A DNA stretch of 63,804 bases, the filler included, from Reticulomyxa filosa (taxonomy: Eukaryota; Protista; Foraminifera), in the NCBI GenBank assembly GCA_000512085.1. It is 26 parts of 26 records of this genome, joined end to end, with 100 filler letters (N's around TTAATTAATTAA, not from the genome) between each part and the next. Parts side by side here need not be neighbours in the genome. Positions count along the whole stretch, not along the records: positions 11,442 to 13,075 come from ASPP01050077.1; positions 13,176 to 14,934 come from ASPP01028923.1; positions 15,035 to 17,782 come from ASPP01045118.1; positions 17,883 to 23,945 come from ASPP01014319.1; positions 24,046 to 25,501 come from ASPP01027884.1; positions 25,602 to 27,307 come from ASPP01011899.1; 20 more parts are not named here. One strand, written 5' to 3'. The notes under the pieces were generated by a model. That model had not been told where the DNA came from, searched no databases, and was given only the letters and a program-made list of their open reading frames with translations. Below are positions 12,002 to 25,920 of the stretch, one piece after another. A program made the position numbers and the translations under genes. The number at the start of each line of letters is the position of its first letter. The first letter of the stretch is position 1.

Positions 12002-13075
12002 ATGTCTTTGAATGCCCAGAAAGCAGGTTTCACTTCCGAGACTTGGTTAATCGCTTCCCTTATTGTCAGTCTGTTCTGTGCTGTGTATTGCATTTGGTTA
12101 CTGCACGTGGTACGGCGTTACTTGTGGAATCCAACAAGGGAACGGACAGGCAGTGAATCTCCACGAGAGGTACAACTTTCCACCCAAAAAAGCGACACCC
12201 AAGAAGTGAGCATAAGTGTATCAGATCCAGAAAAAGGCGGCAAATCAGTCGCCATCGACGCCAAGATCAAGTGGATCGTTACCCTGTATATATTTGGATC
12301 TTTTATGATAAGTGTCGGCATGCATGTGAGCGCATGGTCTACGCATTGAATGGTGTTGCTGGCAAAGCATGTAATCTAGGATTATACGTCGTGTATTTGC
12401 GAATGTTTACAGAGGGATTATTGTTTTCGTTTTACGTGGTGCGAGTCACCGTGGGTCTGCAAGGGAGCGTATTCGCCATATCCAAATGCCAGCAATACTT
12501 TTTTGGAATCACCCCGCCCATTACATTCGCCATTGTGTTGTTTCTGCACAGCTTGCGCTTGCAACTTACCAGTTGCAACGATTCTGTGCCAATTGAGTTT
12601 GTGATACTTGCTGTGGTCTTCCTTGTCGATTTATTTTGGCGAGTCAGTTTATTCGTATTTTTGGTGTATCACATCCACAAAGTTATTTTTTTTTTTATAA
12701 ATATTTGGACCTATTTTCTTCTTAATAACCCCCCCTCCCCTCTGAAGCCTTAATTATATACCATTTCAAAAAAAAACAACAAAACTTGGTGTTTTTATTT
12801 TGCACCCTTTTTTTTTTATACGTCGTTAAATTTTTCTTATGTATGTATGTGGTACATGGGAATGGCCAAGATTACAAGCATGCAGTCGATGTCCGAAAAC
12901 ACCTGTCGAAAAGAGTTGAGAGATTATTTGAGAAAGTTGTTGCTGCTGTTTGTGATTACAGAGCTGTCGTTTTGCATCAAGTGCGTAATCGCTTTCATAC
13001 CGAGTCTGAGTAACGTAATTTGGCCAGTCGTCAATGTCGAATTTTGCATCAACTGCACTACCATGTTACTGTCGT
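12002..13075 (+). CDS. Multi-pass (7TM-like) membrane protein, 3'-partial
   Basis: About seven hydrophobic segments across ORFs 12002, 12271 and 12847; frame break ~12340; intron ~12682-12870. Confidence 0.55.
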
Positions 13076-13175
13076 NNNNNNNNNNNNNNNNNNNNNNNNN
13101 NNNNNNNNNNNNNNNNNNNTTAATTAATTAANNNNNNNNNNNNNNNNNNNNNNNNNNNNNNNNNNNNNNNNNNNN

Positions 13176-14741
13176 ACTCCTTTGAACGCACCAACGTCAG
13201 GACTTGTATTGATTTCGTTCAAAAATAGCAAGTGAATCCTTCAAGTCTATTCTTCTGCACTTTTCAGAGGTTGCTGCAAATCTTGTTGCAACTGTTACAC
13301 TCCTTACCCGCCGTGCAAATCAATTGATGTGGTTTTGCCACATCACTATATTTTATTGTTGTTTGTTTTTGATTTTGCTTTGTCAGCATTTTTTTTTAAA
13401 AAAAGATTAACTGTTTCTTCCATAATCAAAACAGGAATTCATGCTTTAATTCTGAAAATATGGCAACAATCTTCAAAATGTTGTCAAATGTCCAGGCACT
13501 GTTTTTTGTATGTACTTTGTCCACTTGTCTCCATTTTTTTGTTTCATCGTCGCGCCTTCGCAAAAAAAAAAAAAGCACTTAAAAGAAAATATGTACATAC
13601 GCATTCATTTTTACGTATTTATTTATGTGTAATTATGAATTTATTTTCTGTCTTTTTCGTAACTCAAATCCTAATAATCTTTCTTTCTGGACATTTTGAT
13701 CTTCCGAGTAAATGCCTTGCGACTTCAATAAAACTCTTTTTTGTTCCAGATCATCTTCAAAATTGTACAATTTTCATGCGTACTGTTGACTGGCCAATTG
13801 CCAAAATGTTGCATCTTCACGCTTGTTGTTCAAATTCGTCGACAACAAAAACAATGAATGATTCATTTCCGTTTCTGCTTGCTTCAGACATTTCTAGCGT
13901 TGCCAATTCCATATGCAACAGGATCTGATTAAAAAAAAAATGAATAAATATAATGTATACGTGTACGAGTTATTATCATTGTTGTTGCCAATAGTAAAAA
14001 GATTTATTGACTTACCGAATCTGCAATTGGAATTTAATTTAATAACACAATGGGTAGATCAGTGGCATTCCATTCTTGGACCAAAAAAAAATATATGTGC
14101 TTTTTACCTCATGCAAACTGTCTTCGGAATCGTGGTCTTTGCGTTCGATGTACATATTGCATGCGATGGATTGCGAGTACTTGATAAGGGACGGCAATAT
14201 TATTTGATTCAATGGAATGATTTGCTGCACAACGGGCAAGTTGGTGTTTCGAGTATATATCACCAACTGTCGATACATAAATTGCAAGAATGACTTTAAT
14301 TGGGTCAATGAATTGAGCGCTATTTTATTATTGTCAAGAAATACGTAAAAACAAGATTTTGTTTTTTTTACTTTGTTTCTTGATTTGTACATAAACACCT
14401 TTGGTACAGTATTGCCTTGATAGTTCCAATCTGGACTGTGATCATCTATGTTCTTCAATTCTCCTCTTTGCATGGAGTAAATATTTAGCACGCAATGTAT
14501 TGGCGTTTATTTCATCATACGAAGTCATCGTTTCGGATTGAAGATAAAGAGACATTCGATAATCGGGGATCTCATAAAAATTTGCTTTCACTAAAGTCTT
14601 CGCCGCTTCCTGACAGTGCTTATGTTTGTTAATCCCCCAATCATTCACAAACTGCTGTGTATAGTGATCATCTTGAAGAATATCATAAAAATAAAGATGA
14701 TTATTGTAAATCTGCATTATGTCAAATGGAACGTTATGCAC
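13176..14741 (-). pseudogene. RNF213/mysterin-like AAA+ ATPase pseudogene fragment
   Basis: Minus frame at ~13345-13176 reads *CGKTTSIDLHGG*GV*QLQQDLQQPLKSAEE*T*RIHLLFLNEINTSPDVGAFKG. This gives Walker A, the VHGG motif and Walker B in RNF213-type order, with stops and an internal deletion. Upstream broken ORFs on the same strand are assigned by position only. Confidence 0.6.
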
Positions 14742-17700
14742 CTTTTATTTTTTTAAAAAAAGGGAAATGTTTGCACATGTCCCAATCCAGTATAAGCTTT
14801 TGGCTGAATAAAGAAATTTTTTATAATTGTGCCATTTATGAATTGGCAAATTAAATCTTTCTACGAATTTGAAATAATATGTTTTGTTTTTTATGTTGGG
14901 ACTCGATTTCTCCAGAAATGTCACGATTTGGATGNNNNNNNNNNNNNNNNNNNNNNNNNNNNNNNNNNNNNNNNNNNNTTAATTAATTAANNNNNNNNNN
15001 NNNNNNNNNNNNNNNNNNNNNNNNNNNNNNNNNNATATAAAGTTATGTGCAAAAATTCACATTACATAACAACATTTTTTGGTTCATTACGTAAACCAGA
15101 GCAATACATTGTCACACATGAAACTATTCAAATGTACTTGCACAATTTCATGTATTTCCTTCAATTGTGTATTGATCAATTTCTGCCAGATAACTTTGTC
15201 AATTTTAAAAAAACTTATGTATCTAAGCAGAACGCATGAAAGTATATTTATTGAGATTCGCTAATAAAAAGCATAGCAGTTTTCAGATATTCACATTAAA
15301 AAGAATACAAAATTATTCATATAATCAATTTGATTACTTCTAATGGCCACATTGCATTAATACTTTGTCCGAATGGGATCACTATAATATGATATCGCAT
15401 ATGCAAAGTGATCGTTGAAGATATTCAAACAATTGACTATCGATAACGAAGTGGTAATTTTGTTGAAATGAAACAACATTTGCATTTATTACACATTTTT
15501 AAAATGTTCCATATTTTTCTTTTTTTCAACACTGTTGCTGTTTGGCAGTGAACGTAGAGCGTAAGGATGAGTTATGTGTTCTTGTGATTACCAAAGAGGC
15601 ATATCCAAGAATTTCAGAACTAACTACTTATCACATCTTGGTGTGAACAAATATTTCTTAGTAGATTGTTGCAAAATGAAAAAAAGATGGAATAAAATTC
15701 TTGCATGAAAAAAACAACTAGTGTTTGGAAAGAGTTTTTGAGTAACATCCTTCTTTTGCTTTTTTTCTTTTATCTCTCTTGTAATTCAAAGTCTAACTCA
15801 CTTTTCAAAATAAACTTATCCAACTACATCTTTTTTTAAAATACGCTTGACTTATCCATTTATTCATCTGTTTTTCTCTTTCTTGAATACTCAAAAACAC
15901 GTCCACAAAGGGAACATTCGTTCGTAAAAAAAAACTAAATCAATATGTCTTCAGATAAATCATTAATAGCACGGAATAGAAAATGTAAGGACATTATTTG
16001 AAACAAACAAATGGATTGAGGTTTATGCTGGTACAACACTTTGAGTGTGCTCTTGTCTTCTGTGTTTGCAACATTTTATTAAGATATAAACTATTTCCCA
16101 CTATCTGTGAGCAAACGACATGATTATAGAAATATATAGTAGAAATCTATAAAAAAGTTTGAAATGTTTATCAATTTTTCAAAATCGTTTAAAATAAAAT
16201 AGACAAAGGAATGTCTTTTTTCGTAACATATCACAAACTTTTTTTGTAGTGTTAGCCTTTATTTGCCATTTTTTTAAATAACATCAAAGTCTAAAAAACC
16301 CAATTACTTTTTTTACAGATACTTTCTTTGTTCAAAAGTGATAACGTAATAAGTTATGTCTTAACTTCCCACAATGTCATTCCCTCAATAATGCCAAGCC
16401 AGTTAATTGAGATTTTTTGTAGTCGGATAAATGACCAAAAATTCATCGTCATTGTAGTATCTTCTTTTAAGAAATTGTTGAAGACAAATGTTTATTTTTT
16501 AAGTCTATTTGGCAAATTCAGCAGGATATGGTGATAATTGGAAAAAAAGGCACATAATATTGCGTGCATAAGCGCAATAATAATACTAATAAAAACAAGA
16601 AAAACTTAATTATTTGTTCTCAAATTGCAAATTACATTTATAGTGCAAAAAACAAAGACATCATTAACTTCTTTGACCAATCCTTTTCGTTTGGTCTTTA
16701 GCACTTTAATTTGCTGATGTACAATTCCATATTGCTTGAAGGAACTTTAAGAAAAAAAACAAAAATATAATGTTGACAATTGTTTAACTCGCAATGATGA
16801 ACTGCCACACTCACCAACCACGATATGAATTCTCTTTTCTCAATTGTTCTTCCAACTCTCGAATTCGTGCTTGAAGTTCTGTTTTCGTTTCGAAGTCGTT
16901 GTTTTCGCTCAGCAAGTCGCTCTGTGCCGACGCTGGCAACACCGACAAAACAGGGGACCAAGTGGTGAAAGTTCTTCTAAAAAAAAGTCTGTTGTGCTAA
17001 AATAAAAAATATTTAAACAATCCATTACTGAGAAAAGGTAATAGACCAAAATGCGAATATTTGAAAAACATTTTGTTAAAATTACAGAATTTTATAATGG
17101 ACTTTTCTTTTAATGGTTCCATCAGTGTTTTTACTCGTTTTACAGAGTAAAAGATACTCCGCAATCACATTTGGTGGAGATTTTCAAGAAACATCAACTT
17201 AATTCCAACCGCTTGTTGATTTCTGTAATGTTTAATAATATAATTTTTAATGCTTCTGAAGTCTTGCAATCAGCTAGCAATGATGTATGAAGTGATTTAC
17301 TGATGTCTTATTTAGAAATGGAATGAAGAAATATAAACATAGGATTTTTTTATCTTTTGACAAACATTAAAAATTTCAACAATGCGTAAATCTAATTGCA
17401 CATAAAATTCTCATACATATACGTTGATAGTCAAATATTCAAGTTATCATATCGTTCCAAAATTTGTGTTTTTTTTTAGTTAAAAAAAATTATATACCGT
17501 ATCAGAAGCGCTTTTTGTAAAGAATTTTCCATTAAAGAATAACTAAACTGGAATCACATAATGAAACGATATATACAACAACAAGAGCATTAATGAAATT
17601 ACTTTGTGTTGCAAATGGTGGACAATATCAAGAAATTAAGTGACTCAATCAATAGATTCATTTTACAGATGATGATAAGAAAAAAATAATTGTAAATCGT

Positions 17701-17899
17701 AATTTATTGAAGTAAAAATTTACAAAGTAAAGTCATTTTTTCAACGAAAACAAAAATTGATCTAAAGGCTATTCAAATAAATNNNNNNNNNNNNNNNNNN
17801 NNNNNNNNNNNNNNNNNNNNNNNNNNTTAATTAATTAANNNNNNNNNNNNNNNNNNNNNNNNNNNNNNNNNNNNNNNNNNNNATACATATATATGTATA

Positions 17900-17935
<36 letters not shown>

Positions 17936-17936
<1 letters not shown>

Positions 17937-18764
17937 TATTGATCTATTCCTTTAATAATTTTATTTTGTTCTCTCCACTTACCGACAAAGACAATATCTG
18001 GAGCAGGCGTAAAACACAATCCTCGATCCCTGGCACCATAGGGCAGTGGGATGACCGAAGGGTAGTCGACAAAGTCTTTGTCGAATGTCATAACGTGCGT
18101 GTAGTCGCTGTTTGGATGGGCCATTGGCACGCCTTCTTTCGTCGTGCTATTGTCGCTGTGAAGCATTTGCTTTCGCAAAGGGACTCGATGTGCTGATGCG
18201 TAATTCCACGTCCAATGGGGCAAATGATAGACGTCCAGACAAGACCTCTTATTCAGGCTATGACACGACAACGCGCATACTAACGCCCCATTAAAATGAG
18301 GCGATACACCCAATCCACATACCACACCCGATGCTGCCATTGTCAACAGTTGATGCAAGTGTTGCAACGACGCATCATTTTTTTTCGTGTTTATGTGGCT
18401 ACTTCGATGTGATTCTCTACCTTTTATTTTTTTTTCCACCCCCCGTCCCCTCTGAACATTTTCTAACACTATTGTGCTCTCCTCGCCAAAAATTGCTCGT
18501 TTTTTTGTTCACTTGGAAAGACAACCAAAAAAGGACCGAAAGAATACCGTCTTTTGCTTCTTTGCTCGCTTTTTCATTTTTCATTTGGCCTGCACGTGTT
18601 GGATCATTTATGTTTTGTGATTGAGAATGGCTGTAAAGAGGGCTGGATTTTGGGTACAGCCTCCACACACGAACCGTCATGTCATCTCCACCACTAATTA
18701 TCAATCTAGAATTTGTGGTATGCCAAGCTGCGCAACGCACTTGCCCTTCATGATGATTCAGCAT
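17936..18764 (-). CDS. WD40-repeat protein (partial, spliced)
   Basis: HHEGQVRCAAWHTTNSRLIISGGDDMTVRVW is a canonical WD40 blade; second exon 18420-17970. Confidence 0.65.
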
Positions 18765-19433
18765 TTGATTTTATATCCTTTTAAAAGGATTTTCTCAAAG
18801 CACCAAAATAATTATAATAGTGTCAGAAGGTCCCTAAACAAATCCCTTTTTGCTTAGATACTGATGAAAAAGGTGACAAAATATGATGTAAATTTTTTAA
18901 ATGTAAACAATCTTTTTAAATTAATTCAAATAATACGAATACTTCCATTCTACGTAATTTTGCAATTGAAACTACACAAAAAGACCAATACAAAGTGAGT
19001 CAAGAAATGGAAAAAATCTAGTAAAAGCTCAAATTACAAAACACTCAAAACTTAATTCTAAGCACCTTTTTGGATTCTGGTTTTACTTGTCAGAGGTTTC
19101 TTCTTCAAAAGTGTTACACTTTGAACTTTTGACTGCTAGGACTGAACAACAAGTAAAAAGGAATCGTGGTGATGCATAACAACATGTCACAACTTTGGGA
19201 CAGTAGTTTTATGTTTGTGTTTTTGCATCAATTGCATCAATATAAAAATTTGAAGAAACATAATTACCATAATTTTAATATTTGTAGTGAAATTCTCGAA
19301 GTAATTGTTGCCAAAATTTTCTTAATCATAAATCAATGAAGTTTGTGACGTGGCTGTCTGTCAATCAGATTAATAATTACCATTTTCGTTTGTTATGACT
19401 TGACAGCATTTCTTCAACAAATAAGTGAAAGAA

Positions 19434-22400
19434 ATGTCAATATTATTTCTGCATGACCCAGTAAAAGAAAGCAAATACACAGAAGGTACTTTAAGACAAG
19501 GGAGATGTACATTTTTTTTGATGAAAATGCTTCTGCTTGTTTTCGACAGAAAACAGCGATGCAATCCCAGATCAAGAATGTATTGATTGGATTCGAAACA
19601 AAATTAATCTCAAAGTTTCTTAGTACTAAACCATGTCAACCTCTTTAGCGTAAAAAACGCTTTACACACATTTATTACTAACAGGGGTTTAACGCATTTG
19701 ATCCAAATCAATGGAGCCAAGAGTATGAAGAGGCAATATGTGACTTCCTGGCTTCTCCTCATATCACTCGTCTCATAATTTATATGGACAAATTGTAATA
19801 GTTTTATATTTTAGTAAAAATATTAAATAACAAAATGAAGCTCAAAACAACAAAACAATAAACACAAAAAAAAGTCAAACAGTGCAAGCAAGAATAGGAC
19901 CGAATGACAAAGATAAACAAATTTCCATGCAATTGAGAAGCAAGCGTAGTAGTAGTGTAAGTTCAAAAAAAATGGAGGACATGACTAAAAGAACACCAAA
20001 ATGCAATGCGATGGAAAACAGTGATACCAACATAAAGCAAATTCAAATTGTTGGTCCTGGCAACGAAAATACAAATTTGGATAATGACAAAAAAAAATTA
20101 TGTTTTATCGCGGTCTTTGATACAGGAATGACCCCACCCCCACCAAAAGTGTTTGGTGATGTGCTGCAATTCTTTCTAAAGGACAAAGGAACATCATTGA
20201 CTACACTCTCTGAGGTGAAGGCTCAAGTGCAGTACGGCTTGTTGAGTGGAAATCGTTTGGGATCTTTACTAAACATGATGAATCAGATATACTTGCCAAC
20301 TATTTTATCCAATCACTCTTGGCCTACATCGGTCCGGAAAGAGCTCTCCGAAAAGCTGCACAAGTTCATGGCAACACTGACAGAATCGGTTAACCAAGAA
20401 AAAGGCAAAACGGTCTTGTACGTGCCCAAGGAAGAAATTCAAGGTAGAAGTGTTCAGGTATCTTATGTGTAATAAGAAAAGATTTTTGATTGGGTGAAGT
20501 GAGTAGTGCCAAGTTACATTTTTTTGTGATGCTGCTCTGCTGTTAAAAAAAAAAAAAAAGGAGTTGTTGGCCGACACTGAGTTGATTCGCGGACTGGAGT
20601 CTTTGTTGATTCATTGGACACGACAAATTGAAGAAATGGTAAAAAAATCAAACAATTAGCCAACAAAACGATGAAGGCCCTTTGGAAGAGATTGCATTTT
20701 GGAGCTCAAGAACAGTGGACCTGGTTGGTGTTCGAGAGCAATTACAAAAGCCAGATGTCCAAAGTATTATTGATTTGCTGAGAAAGAGCGGCTCAACATA
20801 TTTAGGACGATTCGATACACTTGCCGGTAGTATTCAAAAAGTTTAGTGTGCTTGAAGGAAATACAGAAACGCTTTGCTATTTACATGTTGTTTATCTTGT
20901 GTATATATGCAAAATGTACAAGGGGTCAATAGAAGCCAATGACAATCTGAAATTTTTGTCGATTCTGCAAGAGCCATGCGAAAAAGTTTCGCGATCAGAG
21001 CCAAAAGAAATAATTGCATTACTTCCAACAATTATCAACTCCGTTCGGATGATATGGAGCACAAGTCGCTATTATTGCACAGCAGATCGTTTGACATCAT
21101 TGCTGCGGAAGGTGTCAAACCAATTGATCGTGCAATGCACCAAAGCAATTGATTTAGCCGAAATTTACGACGGTGATGTTGTGAAAATAATTCAATTACT
21201 ACATGATAGTGAAGATGCATGCAAAGAGTGGAAAAATTCTTATAATCGCGTTGCCCACGCTGTCAAAGTTTAGCAGGAAGGAGATGCATTTTTTTGTTTG
21301 TTTTAGATTCCTTATTTTTTGTCATCAATTGCAATGAATGAAACAACTCTTATGGATAGAAATACTCGAACAAGGAATGGAATGTTGACCCTTCTTCCGT
21401 GTTTGCACAAATTGATGCGTTCATGCAACGGTGCAGAGACCTACTATCGATATGTGAAGGACAGCTCCAATTTTGCAGAAAAGATAGAGCACTGGAAGAA
21501 AATCCGTTCCAATTTACAAAATCCGCGAATGGTAAATACAAAATTGACTTGAAAGCGATCAAATTATTATTATTATTTTTTTGTCAATCATACCTACAAA
21601 CAATGTGTTTGTAAGAAAAACAAAACAAAAAAAAAACAAAGAGAAAAAAAGACACTCATTGCCAGCCTTTGGAAGTGCTCGCGGAAATTTGATCGTAAAA
21701 TCCTTGTATGAAATCGAGGACGCCTTTGTGAAGCATATTGAGCGTTTGAAGAATTTGCAATATAACATATTGGATGTTAACACCACGGCGTGGCATGAAG
21801 ATTACACTTACTACAAAAACGGGGTCAAAGATTTGGAGGTGATGATGGGCAATATCATAAATAGTGCTTTTGAAGGTGTAAGCGCGGTCACTGATTATGT
21901 GCAAATGTTGCAGTCATTTCAGGAGTTGTGCAAAAGAGACTATATGAAACAATTCATCGAACGCAAGACCAGTGAGGTGTATTCCATTGCAAAGCAATCT
22001 CTACTGCAAATTAAGAAAGACTTTGATCTGTTTAATCGAAAGTTAAGTCGAATACACCACGTCACCCAACTTTGGCACGGAAAACCCCTTTGTCTTCAAA
22101 TCAACCAACAAACAGTCCTCCGATGGATATGAACTCACCTCTTTATGGAGGCGCCGCGCTATGGGCCTTGTCGCTGATACACCGACTCGAGAAAGAAATA
22201 CAAGCGATCGAATATGCGACACTTCCGGTTACAAAAGAAAAAGAAGAAATGCAAGCATTGCAAAGGCAAGTCCGAGAAATACTCTACCAGTTTATCAAGG
22301 AGAAGCATAGTGAATGGTGTCAAAAAATTACTGAAATGGACATTGAAGGATTAGACACGAGGTTGAACAAGGTTATTCAAGGACAATTGCTCCTATCTTA

Positions 22401-23889
22401 TATGCATATATATGTATTGTCTTTTTTTTTCCTCCAAATCAAAGTAAGTGTTTACTTGGTTATTCCAAAAATAGCCTCTTCTAACGTCTGAACTCATTGA
22501 TGACGTCGACAAAATCTCAAACGATAGCATTGAAGAAGTTGCAGGTTCCAGACCATTGCTGTCTGTAATTGACGGTCATTTGGTGTGCAATTTTGACAAA
22601 GATCTGTTGCGCGTATTTCGAGAGTCGGAAACATGGGGAGGCAAGATCAGCATGACACAATTTTCGATTCCATTTGCAGCCAGAAAAATGACGGAAAACG
22701 CAACTAGCTTGCAGCTGTTGCGAGAAAATGTGATGCTGGTTGTCCATGATTTTAACAAAATAGTTGATGAACTCAGCGGGTGTGAGAGAAAACTATTCTT
22801 GGAATATTTGAAACGTGTGGAAAAAAGATTAGAGCCGGGCCTATCCAAATTCACATGGACTAAGAAATACATTAAAGAATTGTTTGTTAAAAAAGCTCGT
22901 TTGGAATGCTCAATTGTTGACAAAATTGTACAAGAATATCACAAAAATTTAAAAAAAATAAAGAAAGAGTGTTTGAACGTTTAGTCAAAGAAGTATACAA
23001 GCCCAATCAAAGACACATATGTGACACAAATAAATCTGCTTGTTATTTTTGTTTATATGTTTGGTTATATAAGAAAATTGCTGATTGTACATAGATGAAG
23101 CGTATCATATTGATACAAATCGACAAAGGCCAGCCATGTGTGGCAACTGGATTCAAAGAAAAACAATTTCGACATATCAGCTATTGCAATATTTACTTGA
23201 AAGAATGTTCAGAATCAATTATTGAACAAATGAAAAACTCGTATCGGTTCTTTGTTGGACAGACAGAAGATGTACTCCGTCAATGGCAAAAAGTTATCGT
23301 CCAAGTGGATGGAGATGTAGAAAGCGCATTGAAGTTTGCGATCAAATCTTCTTTGCAAGATTTATCCCGTGCCATTAATGGAGACGGTAAGTCTGACCCT
23401 TCGCCATTGTTCAAGCTTTCGATGATCTTGAACTTGAACACTGGCAAAGTAGATTTTACCCCATCGATTGTGGATCTCATTCAAATGATTAAGGATGTGT
23501 ACGATCAGATTATGCAAATTTACAAACATATCCCACGATTGGGTAGCGTGTTGCATGAAGATCATGGCGGCTTTCAAGTGTTTCGCACGGTTTTTGATAC
23601 GCTCTGCAAAGACTCCGAGATCAACAGCTCGTTTGTTGGTATTTTGGAAGGTGTTTCGAGTGTTACTGCAGAAATGGGCAGGCTGATGGCCGATTGGGAA
23701 AACAGTTACAAAAGCATTTGGGAAGCCGACAAAGATATATTTATCACTCGAATGAAAGATTCAAATCAGCCATTGGAAGCAGTTGATAAACATATCACCA
23801 AGTCTGAGTGTTCAATAACAAAAAAAAAAAAGTATTTATTTGTATTCACCAAAACATGTCTTTTTTTGCTATAGGTACAAAGAAACAGA
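19434..23889 (+). CDS. DNAH2: Axonemal inner-arm dynein heavy chain (DNAH2 / 1-beta-like), N-terminal tail region, 3'-partial, about 10 introns
   Basis: LHKFMATLTE...GKTVLYVP, IHWTRQI, GPLEEIAFW, EANDNLKFL..LQEPC, RLTSLLRKVSNQLI, VFAQIDAFMQRCRDL, ILDVNTTAWHEDY...GVKDLEVMM, SLQDLSRAINGDGK..P.PLF. The start codon is tentative. Confidence 0.88.
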
Positions 23890-23945
23890 AATTCAAACCC
23901 TTTCGGTTCCAACTTCGGTTCCAACGTTGGAACCGAAAGGGTTTG
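23890..23945. other. Residual 454 FLX paired-end linker (artefact)
   Basis: AATTCAAACCCTTTCGGTTCCAAC and GTTGGAACCGAAAGGGTTTG are the two halves of the palindromic FLX linker GTTGGAACCGAAAGGGTTTGAATTCAAACCCTTTCGGTTCCAAC. Confidence 0.92.
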
Positions 23946-24542
23946 NNNNNNNNNNNNNNNNNNNNNNNNNNNNNNNNNNNNNNNNNNNNTTAATTAATTA
24001 ANNNNNNNNNNNNNNNNNNNNNNNNNNNNNNNNNNNNNNNNNNNNTATGTTATTGAAATTGTTTAATTTGAAATAATTTTTAAAAAATAAAAAAATTTAA
24101 TTTAAAATATTATGAATATGAATGCAAAGATGGTAAAATTTGTAATATCATGATGAATAATCAATAATATTTACACTTTTGCTATTATCTATATTGAAAT
24201 TTTTTGATTAAAAATCAAATCAATTGGGCGTGTGAGTTTGCAAAAATCTTTTCTTACAATCAACATCTTCTTAATTTGTTTTTAACATTAAAGGCGGAAA
24301 ACACAGATTGACATTTTACTGTAAAAAAGAAAATAAATAAGGCAATGTTAGCATACAAAGTTAACATGCACAAGCGTTTTTATTTTGTGCAAAAAGTATT
24401 TTGTTTGAATACTTAAAAACCTTCCAAGGCAGCTTTTTTGATATAAAAAAAATAATAATAAAATAGTGTTCTCACCAAATAAAAAAAGTAACAAAACGAG
24501 GGCATGACGACAAGAGTCGCAATCATTATGAAGCAATATATT

Positions 24543-25407
24543 TTACCACGGGGCCAAATTATCGTCAGGTTGAGGATTAGAATATTGGACAGGATCACTC
24601 CACTGGCTAAACTCTGAATCTGGAGTAGAGAGACTCCGAACGCGAAACTGGCAAGTGACGGAATTGGGGAATGTTTTGAAGGCATCCATGACAGTTTGAT
24701 TGCCACGTAAGAACAGAGTAAAAGGTGAATCAGTGCATTCACAGCAATAGTTGTCTGTTTCGCCAGTGTCAAACACCATCTTTACTTCAATTTCGCATTT
24801 TTCCATTTGTCCGGACTTTGTGAATTCGACTATGGCCTCTCCATCGCTGCCACAGTTGACTTGAATAATTTCAGGTTTTATATCTTTTTTTTTTTTTTGT
24901 TAAAAAAAAAAAAATATATATATATATATGTGTATATGTATATGTATATATGTATACATATATAATTACATTATCTTAGGTCATGATTTTGGACGGATAA
25001 AAAAAGAAAAAGAAAAATATAGTTAAAAAAAAAAACGCAACTGACAACACATCTGACAGTTGGGACATTGGTGACGACATGAGCAAACTGTTTCCAAAAC
25101 AGTTGCCACGAAGAAGCATTGTAGATGCGAAAGTAATTTTTTCCATTGAACACATTGGTCGTGCAAATGAGTGTAATTTGGATCGAGTCTTGGAGAGAGT
25201 TGGAGCTTCCGATGTGCAACGCTTCTGCTAATACGGCGACGAACGAAGCAAACCCCATTTGAGAATCGACCTGTATGTCCACAATTTCTTTGTCGAGATA
25301 CTCCATCAGCAGCACAAGTTTGTCTACTTTTTCCTTGTCCATCTCTTTTTCATTTTCCGTCTCTTTTTTATTTTCTTCTTCTTCTTCTTTGGCGTCTTCA
25401 TTCATCG
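24543..25407 (-). CDS. Protein with PB1/ubiquitin-like segment and C-terminal fibronectin type III domain (5'-partial)
   Basis: Last exon KPEIIQV...CQFRVRSLS...FSQWSDPVQY* has the FN3 F/G-strand pattern; intron ~24884-25040. The PB1-like call is weak. Confidence 0.55.
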
Positions 25408-25468
25408 CTTTTTGTTTGTTTGTTTGTTTGTTTGTTTGAATAAAGCACACAATGACAACAATACCTTT

Positions 25469-25501
<33 letters not shown>

Positions 25502-25920
25502 NNNNNNNNNNNNNNNNNNNNNNNNNNNNNNNNNNNNNNNNNNNNTTAATTAATTAANNNNNNNNNNNNNNNNNNNNNNNNNNNNNNNNNNNNNNNNNNN
25601 NATAAAACATCAATTTTTGTTTTTAAGTATTTTTTATTTTCAAAGTTTATAAATACACTGTTTTATTTTTTTATAATGATTTGTGATTTGCACATTATTA
25701 TTTTGTTTTGTATTTACTTTTTGGTGAAAAAGAAAATGGTGAATGCTTTGAATTCTAAATGATATATTCACTCTGCGCACAACTTGCAATTACTTTTTAA
25801 GTTAGAAAAGACTAGTTGCACAGCATTAAAACGCCTTTTTTAAGAATTTGTAATAAAAGATGACAAAAACTGCATTAGAAGATTATTACTTACGAATAAA
25901 CAGTAAGATTATTGTTTATG

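Noticed and set aside
15035-17782. Possible gene remnants in this contig (also 37024-38188, 38500-39173, 51373-52569, 62230-63000)
   Set aside because: Only short, stop-ridden coding-like patches; I could not assign any family with support.
23894-23945. Terminal hairpin as hairpin telomere or transposon end
   Set aside because: Matches the 454 FLX paired-end linker.
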